From Octopus sinensis (Eukaryota): a stretch of DNA of 64,000 bases. The notes under the pieces are model-generated. The model saw nothing but the letters and a program-made list of their open reading frames with translations, had not been told where the DNA came from and did no database searches. The stretch covers positions 159,340,001-159,404,000 of the forward strand of contig NC_042999.1 of assembly GCF_006345805.1 (NCBI RefSeq). The letters are read 5' to 3'. Below are positions 12,584 to 25,074 of this stretch, one piece after another. The translations under genes and the position numbers were made by a program. Position 1 is the first letter of the stretch. The number at the start of each line of letters is the position of its first letter.

Positions 12584-13049
12584 TATATATATATATGGGG
12601 AAGGTGTTTGTATGTGTGTATGTATATATAGGTATGTTTTACATATGTTCTGTGTTATCTGCATTAAGAAAAACCTTCCTGTTTGATGGCTTTTGTGAGT
12701 GCGTCAGGGTGTTACATTTACTACGTGTATGTAATCGATTGAGATAGAGTAAGACTTGTGCCGATAGGTATTCATTTACTATACTCTATTTATCTTCCTG
12801 TTTCTTTTCATCTCGAATGTTTGTATGTATAGAATATTGTCAAACCCCGTTTATGCTTGGTTACTGTTTGTGACATGCATGTCACTTATCTATGGTCAAC
12901 TGTTTTCACTGGCAGATGTACGGCTTTAGTCACTATTTAATTCATTATGCAAGATGAAATTCCCCTTTCTACTTAGCATAAACCAGTAATATATACTCAC
13001 TATAAACGCATTCGTATCATCAGCCCTCCAGGAACATAAGGTCATACGG

Positions 13050-13900
13050 AACTGTAATTGTCAGAATCTGGTTTCAGAATGTACCATTCATTTTGTTGAT
13101 ATTGTAACATTGACTGTTCACATTCATAAAAATCTGGTTCTTTATTTTAATTGTAAGACCAACCTGGTAAACCATAACTTCCCTTTCGATTCCTCCATTA
13201 ACTTCAATTTTCTTCAAATTTAATTGCCTACCCTGGCAACATTTCAACAAACAAGCCAGCGAATATCTTCTTTTAGGTTACTCGACCAACAAGATATTGT
13301 AGCCTCAATCTTTCTCAAATCCCACCGAACCATCTTTAAAAAGGATAGCTACATAGTGCACTTAGAAGTATGCTATCTAAAAACTAAAATTATAACGGAC
13401 GATATCATTGCTGAAATGTCTTGAACGATGTGCACACTCAATCAGGGGTGGCTTGTGACTAAACAAAATCAGTTCAACTAAACACAGTCTTCCATGAAAA
13501 GTTCCGATTCAGCTATTATTTCCAATCTTTCATTTGGAAAATGTTTTAGCATTCACATGTTTTCTTAACAAACGTTAATTAAAATCCATCCATTTGTTTA
13601 TTTGTCTAATCATGCATGAAAAATGTCCAAGTTTTTGTATCAATTGGCCATGTGCATATCAGCATCGTCGATTTTCTTCCTCTGGTATTGCATTATGAAA
13701 AATACCCAATGGATTTGTCACGCCGTACGTTAAAAGTCGCCAAAGACTTTCATCAGAAACAATATCTTTTCAACAAAGTTTGAGAATGATGTACTATAAT
13801 TTTTCATAAGTTATTTACTGCATTTTCTTTAGCGGAAAATATTATTCACACAGAAACAAAATTGATATATCAAAGTGATAAAATACTTCATGTAAAATTC
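13050..13900 (-). pseudogene. Possible highly decayed piggyBac-like transposase
   Basis: Scattered minus-strand motifs in the right order (DESLW, LFMED, KEPD..YNINKMNG) across different frames with many stops. Confidence 0.25.
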
Positions 13901-14109
13901 TTTCTCCTACATAAAAATTATTGTCAAAATCACTTGACGCATCTCCATTAGTTTTTTAAGATAAATTTTATATATTTCAAAACTTCCTAATTTAACTAAC
14001 ACTTGTGAACTTTGCTTTGTTATTGGCAGAGCGAGAAGAAATTTTGAAGAAACCAAATGTTTATGTTGTTTACGCGAATATGCATTGTTTCCAATTAATA
14101 GCAATCAGT

Positions 14110-14225
14110 AAGGCGGCGAGTAGGCAGAATCGGGCAAAATGCTTCGCGGTATTTCGTCTGTCTTTACGATCTGAGGTTCACTTTGCCTTCCGTCATTTCG
14201 GAGACGATACTAATAAACTGACCTG
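14110..14225 (+). mobile_element. Truncated family C (Deu/Nin-like) SINE
   Basis: aaggcggcgagtaggcagaatc...gaggttcactttgccttccgtcatttcgg. Confidence 0.7.
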
Positions 14226-14639
14226 CCAACTTTTCTTATTCCAGATTGAGGAGACGGCTTTAATTGCAATTTAAACACACTCTTCTAAATACTCCTTGTC
14301 ACTACTTTGTAGAATGCAGTCGGGACGTGAAGACAATTTCAAAACTCGCTATAGTATAATAGAATATAGAAAATATCGAATAATAGAATATAGAAAATAT
14401 ATTGAATATAGAAAATATCGAATAATATAAACCAGGGCAAAACACACTACAGAAATGTGTGAAATGCCCCAGACTGCTAATAGACTAACTTGTATGACCC
14501 GAGAATCTATTTTGCGCTTGTACAAGAGGCAATGCAAAGTAAGCACACCGGGTAGCTAACGATGATCCCCTTTTCTACACAAAGGTTATATCTATAGTCA
14601 CCAAGTCCCCTTTGACCAAACGGTCAACAGAGAGAAGTT

Positions 14640-14970
14640 TGCGAAAGTTTTGAGGGATCTCAGGAAGAAATTTCTAGGCAAACGACCAGAACACTTACAT
14701 CAGTACAATGCACCAGTTCACAACTTCATCCAGCTACTTGATAAAAACGAGCATCAAGACTGTCACTCAGTCTTACTACAGTCCCAACGCCTGCTCTCTG
14801 TGATGTTTGGCTATTCCCCCAAACTGAAGAAGATGAAGGAGACTGTGACAAGGAGCTTAGATACTTTCCCTTTCGAGAACAATCATGTGACCTTCACAAA
14901 GTGTCTGGAGCAGTATAGCATGTGCATTGAGATGATGAGAGTTCTGGACTACTTTTGAAATTAATAAATC
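14640..14970 (+). pseudogene. Mariner transposase C-terminal relic
   Basis: DLRKKFLGKRPEHLHQYNAPVH resembles RRKRP..LHHDNAPAH. Followed by a ..SPKLKK segment and a terminal CIE...DYF. Confidence 0.6.
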
Positions 14971-16944
14971 TCTCACTTGAAAATGTCTCAAAACTTCTGG
15001 ATTGTAATCTGTATTTTATATTTTTATTTCCCAAAACTAATTTTTGAGAGGTTATTATAGTTTTAAAGAAATTACATAAATAATTTTATTAAAAATTATT
15101 ATTAGAGCGGTGGTATTTCTTCCAGGTGCTAAGGTCAACCTTTCCTTTCATCCTTTCGGGATAGATGTCTACCAACCCTATTAGCAGTCAAGTAATATGG
15201 TCGATACAACCGATTGCACTCCTCCACAAAATCTTAGGTTTTGTACGATGTAAAAAAATATATTGTTATTATTAATGCTGTCAGATTAACAAAATTTGAT
15301 GCTTTGATTTAATTTGTGCCACATTCTCATATCTAGCACTTTATATGTTTTATTTTACTATAAAATCTTCTCGAAAGCTGGTTTTCCAGAAGTTATTGTT
15401 AAAGAAACATATACAAAAGATTGTGAACAATACAATTATAGAGAAAATATTGTAAACAATAGATATCATTTGCCTAAGTCAAATATATATTAACTGGAAT
15501 ATCATTATTAGCGTAGCCTAGAAAGTTTCTTATAAACCAAAGTATCCTTTTATTGGAATTTTTATTGCGTCCAGATCAACACGGATTAAGCAGACCTTAA
15601 ATGAAAGGTGTTCCAGTCACCATCATTCTGTCTTTTTAATGAAGTGTATTTTGCGTGCAATATCTAACAAGCACCCTGTTCATTAAGGGAACACAATGAG
15701 ATTTGAGGGAGATCTGGCTGCTCTTTCTAGTAATTCAAGCAATCACGTAGAAGCTTCTTCATATATTCTGTATTTAGTATATGCTGTTGAGATTAGTTAT
15801 ATTTTATCTGCAACATGGCTGTAATATAAGAAATCTTTAGATATCTGTGAGAACACGATGGTCATATATAGTTATTAAATATCTTAAGTGAAACATGCAG
15901 ATGAAGACCACAATACCAGCCAACTCCCCTTATTAATTCTTCTTGACTATCATGAGAATTATACTTTCTTATAAAGAAGTCGATGAAACAAATCGATTAA
16001 ATGCAAATACAGCTTAACTAACACCTTGTTAGCTCAATAATTCTGAGAAAGATTGAGTTCATTCTGTTTAAAATTTAATCGATATATAAATCAATCAAGG
16101 CTCGTGAATAAAGATTGATTTTGTTGTTTCTATATCTAGTTAAACATACATTTTTTTCGTGTCAAAGTTGAAGCTTGACATGACCAAAATGAATATGATA
16201 AGAAAACTAAGTCTTTCTTCTACAGTGAATCTTCTTTTTACTAAACGTTCAGATTTTATGAGACAATAAATCTTTTCATATCTAGTGATAAGTGAACAAA
16301 CTGTTTTGATGATAACAAATAACATGATAAATGTAGTTAAATATTTATCAAAACGATTTAAGGATTGCAAGCTGAGCATAAAATAAGTCTATGGGACAAT
16401 AATTTAGAAATATGGGAAATATGTCATAATACAATTCCAATAAATTAAAATAACGACGAACAAAATTTGAAGTTTTAGCAGTTAAAGCAATAGACGCCAA
16501 CTTTTTTTGTAAATAACAGAATGTGTTATGAATTTATATTTTTTAATTGATAAAGAAATAATACTTTTAGTTTCTTCCCAGAATCTCCAAATCAGAACGT
16601 TCATTACCCGTAAAATTTCTAAGATGCCCCAATAGTAAGAATAATAAGCAAAATTCTAAGAAATAAGTCATCTTTAAACGTAATCCCCGAATGGCGGTGG
16701 GTTTGCAAAAGCGTTAGAATAGGTTAAATCTGGTTATTTAAATTTTAGTTCAAATACCACTGAGATCGAAGAAAGATTGTAGCAGTTACATATTTGGGTA
16801 GTTGATATTGACTAAGACCCTGATTCTCAAAATTACTGGGCTTGTACCTAAATTGGAATATTATTAATACTCGATGGAGTTGTGCATAGACAGAAACAAT
16901 AAAGCGTTTCGCTGTCTCTTCGTTCTAAATTAAATCCTACCAAA

Positions 16945-17364
16945 GGCGCAGGAGTGGCTGTGTGGTAAGTAGCTTGCTGACCAACCACATGGTTCCGGGT
17001 TCAGTCCCACTGCGTGGCATCTTGGACAAGTGTCTTCTGCTATAGCCCCGGGCCGACCAATGCCTTGTGAGTGGATTTGGTAGACGGAAACTGAAAGAAG
17101 CCTGTCGTATATATGTATATATATAAGTGTATGTGTATATGTTTGTATGTCTGTGTTTGTCCCCCTAGCATTGCTTGACAACCGATGCTGGTGTGTTTAC
17201 GTCCCCGTCACTTAGCGGTTCGGCAAAAGATACCGATAGAATAAGTACTGGGCTTACAAAGAATAAGTCCCGGGGTCGATTTGCTCGACTAATGGCGGTG
17301 CTCCAGCATGGCCGCAGTCAAAATGACTGAAACAAGTAAAAGAGTAAAAGAGTAAAGAGTAAAG
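16945..17364 (+). mobile_element. Family B SINE (tRNA-like head, CORE-like segment, internal TA/TG microsatellite, (gtaaaaga)n tail)
   Basis: ggcgcaggagtggctgtgtggtaag...ggttccgggttcagtccc...cttggacaagtgtcttct...ctccagcatggccgcagtc...aagtaaaagagtaaaagag. At least six near-full copies in the window. Confidence 0.92.
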
Positions 17365-17754
17365 TCAATTTGAACCCTTTAATGATAAAGAAAATAAAAA
17401 TACTAGACAAATACCGGGGTCCATTCAAGTGATAATGTCCTCTCTTTATAAGCCTTCACAGATTCTCATAAACACAAAAGCATAGAGATAATCAGCTCAG
17501 TCCCCTTATATAACTATTAATTTATATGATTCTTGAGAAATAACAGACAAAGCCGAACCATCAGTACTGGAACTCCCAACGTAAAGAGATGCAATAACGA
17601 TAAACAACTACAAATCCGAATTCTGGAGCGAGTACCAATAAACAAAACATCCATTACATAAGATGGCATCAGTTTTCACAGATGTATAAAAACAAACATA
17701 AAAGTAACCATGTATACATAAGATATGAGAAATCATATCATAAATGTAAATGTG

Positions 17755-17819
17755 TATGTATGTGTGTTTGAGTGTGTGTGTGTGCGTGTGTGTGTGCGTG
17801 TGTGTGTGTGTGTGTGTGT

Positions 17820-17862
<43 letters not shown>
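17755..17862. repeat. (GT)n microsatellite
   Basis: Long TG run. Confidence 0.95.
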
Positions 17863-17863
<1 letters not shown>

Positions 17864-18649
17864 CGTATGTATGCTTAAACGACATAAAATTACAACTTAT
17901 ACTGTCGAAAGAAATACTCAGCCGATTTATATTTTATATCAATGAAAAACGTACAATATGATTTGCAATATAATACAAGACTCTCTGATATTCAAATGAA
18001 ATTTAAAAAAAACAAAATCATTGCTTATTTGATTAAAAGGTTTGGTATATGTTCAAAACAATTTTATACTTTTTAATATTGCTGTGCTTAAAATATTCAG
18101 ATGTATTTTCATAAGTTTTAGTCAATAGATCTTCCAGAATTTATGCAAGTGTAGTCATATCATTATGTCCTGATAAAAAAATAACTTTGAACAAGCGAGA
18201 TATTATTCTTTCACTCTGTAAACATTTTCGCAAAATAGATTACAGATTTCGAAAGAAAGAAATTACATAATAGGCAATTAATAGATATATAAATATAATA
18301 CAAACTTTGAGATATGGATACATAGCGACGTAATTGAGGCAATGGACGAAATATAATTGTTGTTGAGCACGCACAGAAAGAATAGGTTGCAGACAGTCGT
18401 TTAAACTTTCATTGCTTCAGCGTTTTTTGCAAAATTATGTATAGACTAGCTTAAGGTGACCCGCTCTACGCGCGGGTGAGGGTGTGGTTGTTACTTTCTG
18501 TTGCTTCCTTTCTGTTTCTTATCGCCACATTCTCCCTCTTTGTTTCTGACGTAACAAAACGTGCACACAATTTTTTACCCAAATCCTCTTTTATATATAT
18601 AGATAGCAGAGAAACCCGGTCTTGCTCGGGATTAAAATAGTTTATCATT

Positions 18650-18773
18650 CTCTCTTTACTCTTTTACTTGTTTCAGTCATTTGACTGCGGCCATGCTGGA
18701 ACATCGCCTTTAGTCGAGCAAATCGACCCCGGGACTTATTCTTTGTAAGCCCAGTACTTATTCTAACGGTCTG
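18650..18773 (-). mobile_element. 3' tail only of a family B SINE
   Basis: Matches the last ~125 bp of family B in reverse orientation. Confidence 0.9.
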
Positions 18774-18786
18774 GAATAGATAAGCG

Positions 18787-18858
18787 TTTCCATGCCGGGA
18801 ATCGAACCCGGGCCGCCTGGGTGAATGCCAGGAATCCTAACCACTAGACCCCATTGTT
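18787..18858 (-). tRNA. tRNA-Glu(TTC) pseudogene
   Basis: Minus strand ...gtctagtggttaggattcctggcaTTCacccaggcggcccgggttcgattcccggcatggaaa. D, anticodon and T arms match eukaryotic tRNA-Glu. The 5' acceptor strand is degraded (4 of 7 pairs), position 8 is G and position 33 is A. Confidence 0.8.
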
Positions 18859-19325
18859 TTATTTGTTTCGGTATTATAACTCGATTTCATTCGAGTCTAC
18901 GCGGTCCACACTTTGAAGATGAGAAATTTTGCCCTAGAGACCCCACCTTTCAATTGAGCAAACTCAAAGTTGCTATGCAAACTCGCCAGGATTTTAACAT
19001 AGATGTGCAAATTTTCAACTGAATCCTACCATATTTACTAACACTTTTGCCTGTATAACTGCTTGTGAGACAACGTCTGCTCTTTTCAAAAATATGTAGA
19101 AGACCTACAGAGATACCTAACCTTATTTCGGATTAAAATGGCATAGTTTTTCATTGTTTTACTTGTTTGGTTAATATAAGCCGATTTCATTCAGGTGTAA
19201 TCGGGCCACACTTTAAAAGATGAGGATTTTGTCCTAGAGGTCACGCCTTTCATTTGAAGAAAAAAATAGTTGCCATGAAAACTCGGCAGCACTTTTAACA
19301 TAGGTGTGCATATTTTCAGCTCAAC
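18858..19325. repeat. Two diverged ~165-bp direct repeats, about 300 bp apart
   Basis: tttatttgtttcggtattataactcgatttcattc...ccacactttgaagatgag...ttttaacatagatgtgcaaattttcaac versus tttacttgtttggttaatataagccgatttcattc...ccacactttaaaagatgag...ttttaacataggtgtgcatattttcagc. Confidence 0.8.
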
Positions 19326-19343
19326 CGACAACATAATGCACAC

Positions 19344-19403
<60 letters not shown>

Positions 19404-19562
19404 TTAAATATATATCTGTACATTTATATGCATTATATATGTGTGTGTGTCTGTACGCATTATATATACAAATGTATACAAATTAGATATATATATATAT
19501 AAATACAGATATATACACTTTGTACATATACATTATATATACATATTTATATATAGATACAG

Positions 19563-19593
<31 letters not shown>

Positions 19594-20104
19594 AATTAAC
19601 CCAATAAATATCTAATTCATAATATTTGTTCTCATGATTGTGTGGTGGTGGTGGCGATAATAAAACTCTCTATGAATGCAGACAGACGTACAGAGAGAGA
19701 GAGAGGGGGAGGCTTTGGAGAAAGAGTGACAGCGCTGGCGAAGGCGGCGGGGGGAAAATAGCAGTAGCTGTCAAATGTCGTTATAGAGAGAAATTGATGG
19801 GAAGAGAGGAAGCAGAGATGGACGGAGAAAGACAGGCAGATAAGAAAATGAGAGAAAACATGACAAAGTGTGGATGTTTTGCCCTAGTAACGACAACTTT
19901 TAAGATAGGGTTTTCTAACCTAGCCCACTCACATTCGCACTTCCTCCATGTTCCTGAAAATTTTGGAGTCAATCCGACGGGATCTAGTGCCCTTTAACCC
20001 GTTCCAATGCCAAAACCAAACAAACAAACTTTCTCATTTCAGATTTATAGATATTGATTTTAATATGTTCTTAGGATTTAAAAAATTTTTTATAATATCT
20101 CATA

Positions 20105-20519
20105 GGCGCAGGAGTGGCTCTGTGGTAAGTAGCTTGCTAACCAACCACATGGTTCCGGGTTCAGTCCCACTGCGCGGCATCTTTGGCAAGTGTCTTCTGC
20201 TATAGCCCCGGGCCGACCAATGCCTTGTGAGTGGATTTGATAGACGGAAACTGAAAGAAGCCCGTCGTATATATGTATATATATATATATAAGTGTGTGT
20301 GTATATGTTTGTGTGTCTGTGTTTGTCCCCCTAGCATTGCTTGACAACCGATGCTGGTGTGTTTATGTCCCCGTTACTTAGCGGTTCGGCAAAAGAGACC
20401 GATAGAATAAGTACTGGGCTTACAGAGAATAAGTCCCGGGGTCGAGTTGCTCGATTAAAGGCGGTGCTCCAGCATGGCCGCAGTCAAATGACTGAAACAA
20501 GTAAAAGAGTAAAAGAGTA
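20105..20519 (+). mobile_element. Family B SINE
   Basis: Full-length match to 16945-17364. Confidence 0.92.
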
Positions 20520-21040
20520 GTAAGTTCATTGTTTAACTCTTCTTGTACTTTCATTAAATGAAGCATTAAACCGATTATTAATTACTGTTCTTATTTTTCG
20601 ATCCTGCAAATTAATATTATGTGACAAATCTTATCCTTAAACAAGTTGATTTTAACCCTTCACTGTAAATAACGTGCCAGATCTTAAAGGAAGATAATCT
20701 AATGAAAGACTCGTTCACTAAATTATTTATGACAGCAGGCGAGTGGTTTAAAGCAATATTTATTTACTCAGTCATTTTATACTTTGTCTCCAAACGGTTG
20801 CTAATTATTGACATCAAAATTTAAAGCAATATGTAAATAATAAGGTTTGCATCAACAGCAAAACTGAGTTGTAAATCTTTAAGTAGCTTAAACAGATGCT
20901 TTATGAAACTACCTAAACAATGGATTTACACAACATGTTATAAACCACATGAAACAAACTGAATGGTTTGAAAACACAAATCTGCGCGTAAATTAAATGA
21001 AAGAAAAAGGACACCCAGCAGGAAAAGAACTCATATTTCA

Positions 21041-21450
21041 TACTCTCTTTACTCTCTTTTACTTGTTTCAGTCATTTGACTGTGGCCATGCTGCAGCACC
21101 GAGCAAATCGATCCCAGGATTTATTCTTTGTAAGCCTAGTACTTATTCTATCGGTCTCTCTTGCCGAACCGTTAAGTTACGGGGACATAAACACACCAGC
21201 ATCGGTTGTCAAGCGATGTTGGGGGGACAAACACAGACACAAAATCACATACACATAAATAGATATCTACATATATATACATATATACGACGGGCTTCTT
21301 TCAGTTTCCGTCTACCAAATCCACTCACAAGGCTTTGGTCGGCCCGAAGCTCTAGTAGAAGACACTTGCCCAAGGTGCCACATAGTGGGACTCAAACCGG
21401 AACCATGTGGTTGGAAAGCAAGCTGCTTACCACACAGCCACTCCTGCGTC
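21041..21450 (-). mobile_element. Family B SINE
   Basis: Reverse-complement match with a small internal deletion. Confidence 0.9.
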
Positions 21451-21671
21451 TACGTCAACACAATCTTTTTAACATTATACCACTGGTCTCTAATTATATG
21501 CACATCAACTAGCTGCAAATAACCCCAAAAAGTAGGCTTGTATATTCAGAGGATTACTGGAATACTTGTAAGTACATGAGGTAAATCCCGCTCGACCGTT
21601 TCTGTTTACATTCACTTTGTATTTCATTTATCTTTGTAACATTGCTAAGTATATAAACACTCCGTGATTAC

Positions 21672-21754
21672 ACATGTATATGTGCATATATATTCCTACA
21701 TGTATCTCTCTCTCTCACTCTCTCTCCCTCTCCCTCTCTCCATCTCTCTCTCTC

Positions 21755-21785
<31 letters not shown>

Positions 21786-21906
21786 TCCTACATGTATATC
21801 TCTCTTTCTCTCTTTCTCTCTCTCTCTATATATATATTCCTACATGTATCTCCCTCTTTCTTTCTCTCCCTCTCTCTTCCTCTTCCTCTCTCCCTCTCTC
21901 TCTCTC

Positions 21907-21937
<31 letters not shown>

Positions 21938-21963
21938 TCCTACATGTATCTCTCTCTTTCTCA

Positions 21964-22031
<68 letters not shown>

Positions 22032-22032
22032 A
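21672..22032. repeat. Composite minisatellite: anchor tatattcctacatgtat + (CT)n + (AT)n, four units
   Basis: The anchor recurs four times with variable CT and AT tracts between. Confidence 0.9.
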
Positions 22033-22069
22033 ATATATTTCATATTTTTATTTTCCTAAAGTTTTCATT

Positions 22070-22850
22070 GCCTCTTGCAACCTTTTACTGGTGAGTGTAT
22101 TAAGTTATAAGCCTCAAAAAAAGACTCTCCCCAGACACAACAGAATATGCTTCAACATACGAACTCACATAGAGAATCTTGCAAACCAAATCCAAAATCG
22201 AAAGATATATATACTTTCTCTTTCCTATCCACCATTGCTTCTTGACCAAACTATTTTGGCGCCCTCGTTTCTTCCCCCCTCTTCCTCCCATCCTCCTCAA
22301 TCCCTTCTTTCTCTTTTTCTCTTGGTCACTGACTGATTCTGTCCCCTGCCTTCCACCCTCTTTGATTCCCTCTCTCTCTCTGTCTCTCTTTCTCTCTCTC
22401 CCCTGCAACCTGCTACTTCTCAACCATTTCGTTGGCGATCGTATCTCGCCAACATGGGTATGTGTCCCCTCTACCGAAAAGGTAATTATTTCTACGCCAG
22501 CTGCTATGTTGTTGTTGTTTTTGTCTCATTTGGTCTAAAGTCGTAAGACAACCACCGTTATATAGATTTTGTTTAACCATTACCGTTTTCAATTTCGTTT
22601 TCGTCTCTCGTATTTACATCCGTCTTGTGTGTTTACATTCTTGTCTTCTACCAAGAAATCTAATGCCTACAGCTTAGTTTTTTTTTTGTTTTTTTTCTTG
22701 GGGCTGGCCGAGTTGGAGCAAATATCAGAATTGAACAGCCGAAATTTGCGATGATGATTCGGTGTCTGACTGAAGATTGAAGGCTTCGAATGATTTGTCT
22801 GTGTTCCGTGTTTGTCCCTTCTTGTATTTCACGTTCTTTATATATAAAAT
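22070..22850 (+). mobile_element. Probable degraded Penelope-like 3' region
   Basis: Same architecture as 24500-25700 (possible coding remnant, pyrimidine-rich tract, tail, then (TA)n). Sequence similarity is weak. Confidence 0.35.
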
Positions 22851-22877
22851 ATTTATCCCTATATATATATATATATT

Positions 22878-23170
22878 ATTTTATAGTTTCATGGATGACC
22901 TAGATCTGTAATCATCAAATCAGCATTCTCCTTTCTGGATTTCAGAAGCCTAATTTCTCAAGATTAATGCTTAAGCAATTTATTACATAGGCTAGTGCAG
23001 TGGTTCCCAAACTTTTTAGAGTCGCGACCCACTATTTATCACACCGGTTTATGACGACCCACTTAACTCTACTGAGTAAGTCTTGAACTATCTCGATAGA
23101 CAGCAGTTAATCAAAGCCAATGCGTAATTTTATAACTTTTTGCGACCCACTAAGATTCCGTTCGCGACCC
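22878..23170 (-). repeat. 293-bp inverted copy of 11495-11787 (partial hAT MITE plus its flanking LINE sequence)
   Basis: Reverse complement aligns base for base by eye, with one substitution seen (cactagActatg vs cactagCctatg). Confidence 0.95.
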
Positions 23171-25074
23171 CACGTACCCCCACCATTTACTTCCTCCCCA
23201 AAATCCACAAACCCAACAACCCTGGCCGCCCCATCGTCTCCGCCTGTAACTGCCCCACGGAGCTCATCTCTAAATACCTCGACGTGTCCTTGCCCCCTTA
23301 GTGGCATCTCTTCCCTCCCACATCCACGATACCAACCATGCTCTCCGGCTTTTCAACTCTTTCTCCTTTCCTCCCGGCTCCTCCAAAATCCTTTTTACTA
23401 TGGACATCCAAAGCCTCTATACTGTTATCCCTCACCACGAAGGACTGCAGGCCCTTCGACACTTTCTTGACCTCCGCTTCTAACCCTGTACCTGACACCT
23501 CCACACTCATTCGTCTGGCCGAACTTGTCCTTACTCTGAACTGCTTCTCGTTCGCGGGCGAGTTCTACCATCAGGTCTCGGGAGTGGCCATGGGAACGCG
23601 AATGGGCCCCAACTATGCGAACCTGTTCGTTGGCTATGTTGAGGCCCAAATATTCTCTACTTTCACTGGTCCCACTCCTGAACTATATGGTCGTTATATT
23701 GACGACATTATCGGTGCCACCTCACTCTCCCGCGAACATCTAGATTCCTTCCCTCTTTCGTCCAATCTTTCCATCCAGCCCTCCACTTCACTTCCACTAT
23801 CTCCAACACCTCTGTCTCCTTCCTCGACATTTCGGTTAGCATTCTTGACTCCACTCTTACCACCTCCATTCACTACAAACACACAGACTCACACTCATAC
23901 CTCAACTTCTCTTCCTCCCACCCAGAACACACCAAGCTTTCCATCCCCTATTCCCAATTCCTCCGTCTACGTAGGCTCTGTAGTGACGACCATGACTTTG
24001 AGACTCAGTCTCAACGTATGGCTCACCACTTCACCCTACGTGGATACCCCCTCACCACTATCCACACCGCCCTTGCCAGAGCACGGTCCGTGGACCGTGT
24101 ATCTGCTCTCTCCCCGAACCCGCCCTGTAGTCTCCCGCCTCCCTTTTCCCCTCACTTACCACCCCACGACCCTACGTCTCCAACGCACCATTCTTCGAGC
24201 TTTCCGTCATCTCCAGTCCGACCCGTCCACTTCACACCTCTTCCCTAACCGACCCCTCCCCCTTTCAAACGAGCCCACAACCTTCGAGACCTTTTGGTCC
24301 ATAGCTCCTTCCCTGACCCTACCTCCCAACCCGGCTCGTTCCCCTGCTCCCGCCCACGTTGCCGCACTTGCCCTTACCTCTCCAACACCACCCGCCTCAC
24401 TAGCACCCACCATCGACCCTATCCCATCATCCACTCCTTCACCTGCACCTCCAGCAATATTATCTCTTGCTCTCTCTGCAATTCCTTGTACATCGGACAA
24501 ACGGGACGCCGCTTGGCTGACCGGTTCGCGGAACACCTTCGTGACATCCACCTTGCGAACGACACACCGGTCTCACGCCATTTCCGCTCCACCGGTCACT
24601 CCTTGCAACACCTATCTGTGTTCGGTTTGTCCTTACACAGAGGCCATCCGGATTCCCGTTTGCGCCGTGAACAGGAATTAATCTTCTCTCTTCGCTCTTA
24701 TACGCCATTTGGTCTCAACTCTCCCCCCTCCTCATCTAACCCCCCTCTCCCCCTCCTCACCTATCCTTCTCCCCCCGACCCCCACTTCTTCAGTCCTTCA
24801 TCCTTTCACCCCTACTCCCCTTCCCTTCTTCCCTCTTTCTCCCTCCCTCTTCCTCTTCCCTCTGCTCCCTCACTCCCTCTCTCCCCTTCTCTCTCCCCCT
24901 CTCCCTCTTTCCTCCTTCATCCCTCTCCTCCCCTTCCTTCTCCCCATCCTCTCCTCTTCACCCTCCCCTCCCCCTCTTCTTCCCCTCCCCTTCTTCCCCC
25001 CTCTTCTCCCCTCCCCCTCTTCTCCTCACTACACCACATGACTTTACACATCACATCACATATGATGTGCCATA

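Noticed and set aside
13725-13765. Minus-strand CTGATGA followed by a 5-bp hairpin aagtc/gactt
   Set aside because: The required GAAA is absent (ttaac follows), so it is not a hammerhead.
22760-22810. CTGAAGA...ttcgaatga in the putative degraded Penelope tail
   Set aside because: No GAAAC or cleavage triplet in register.
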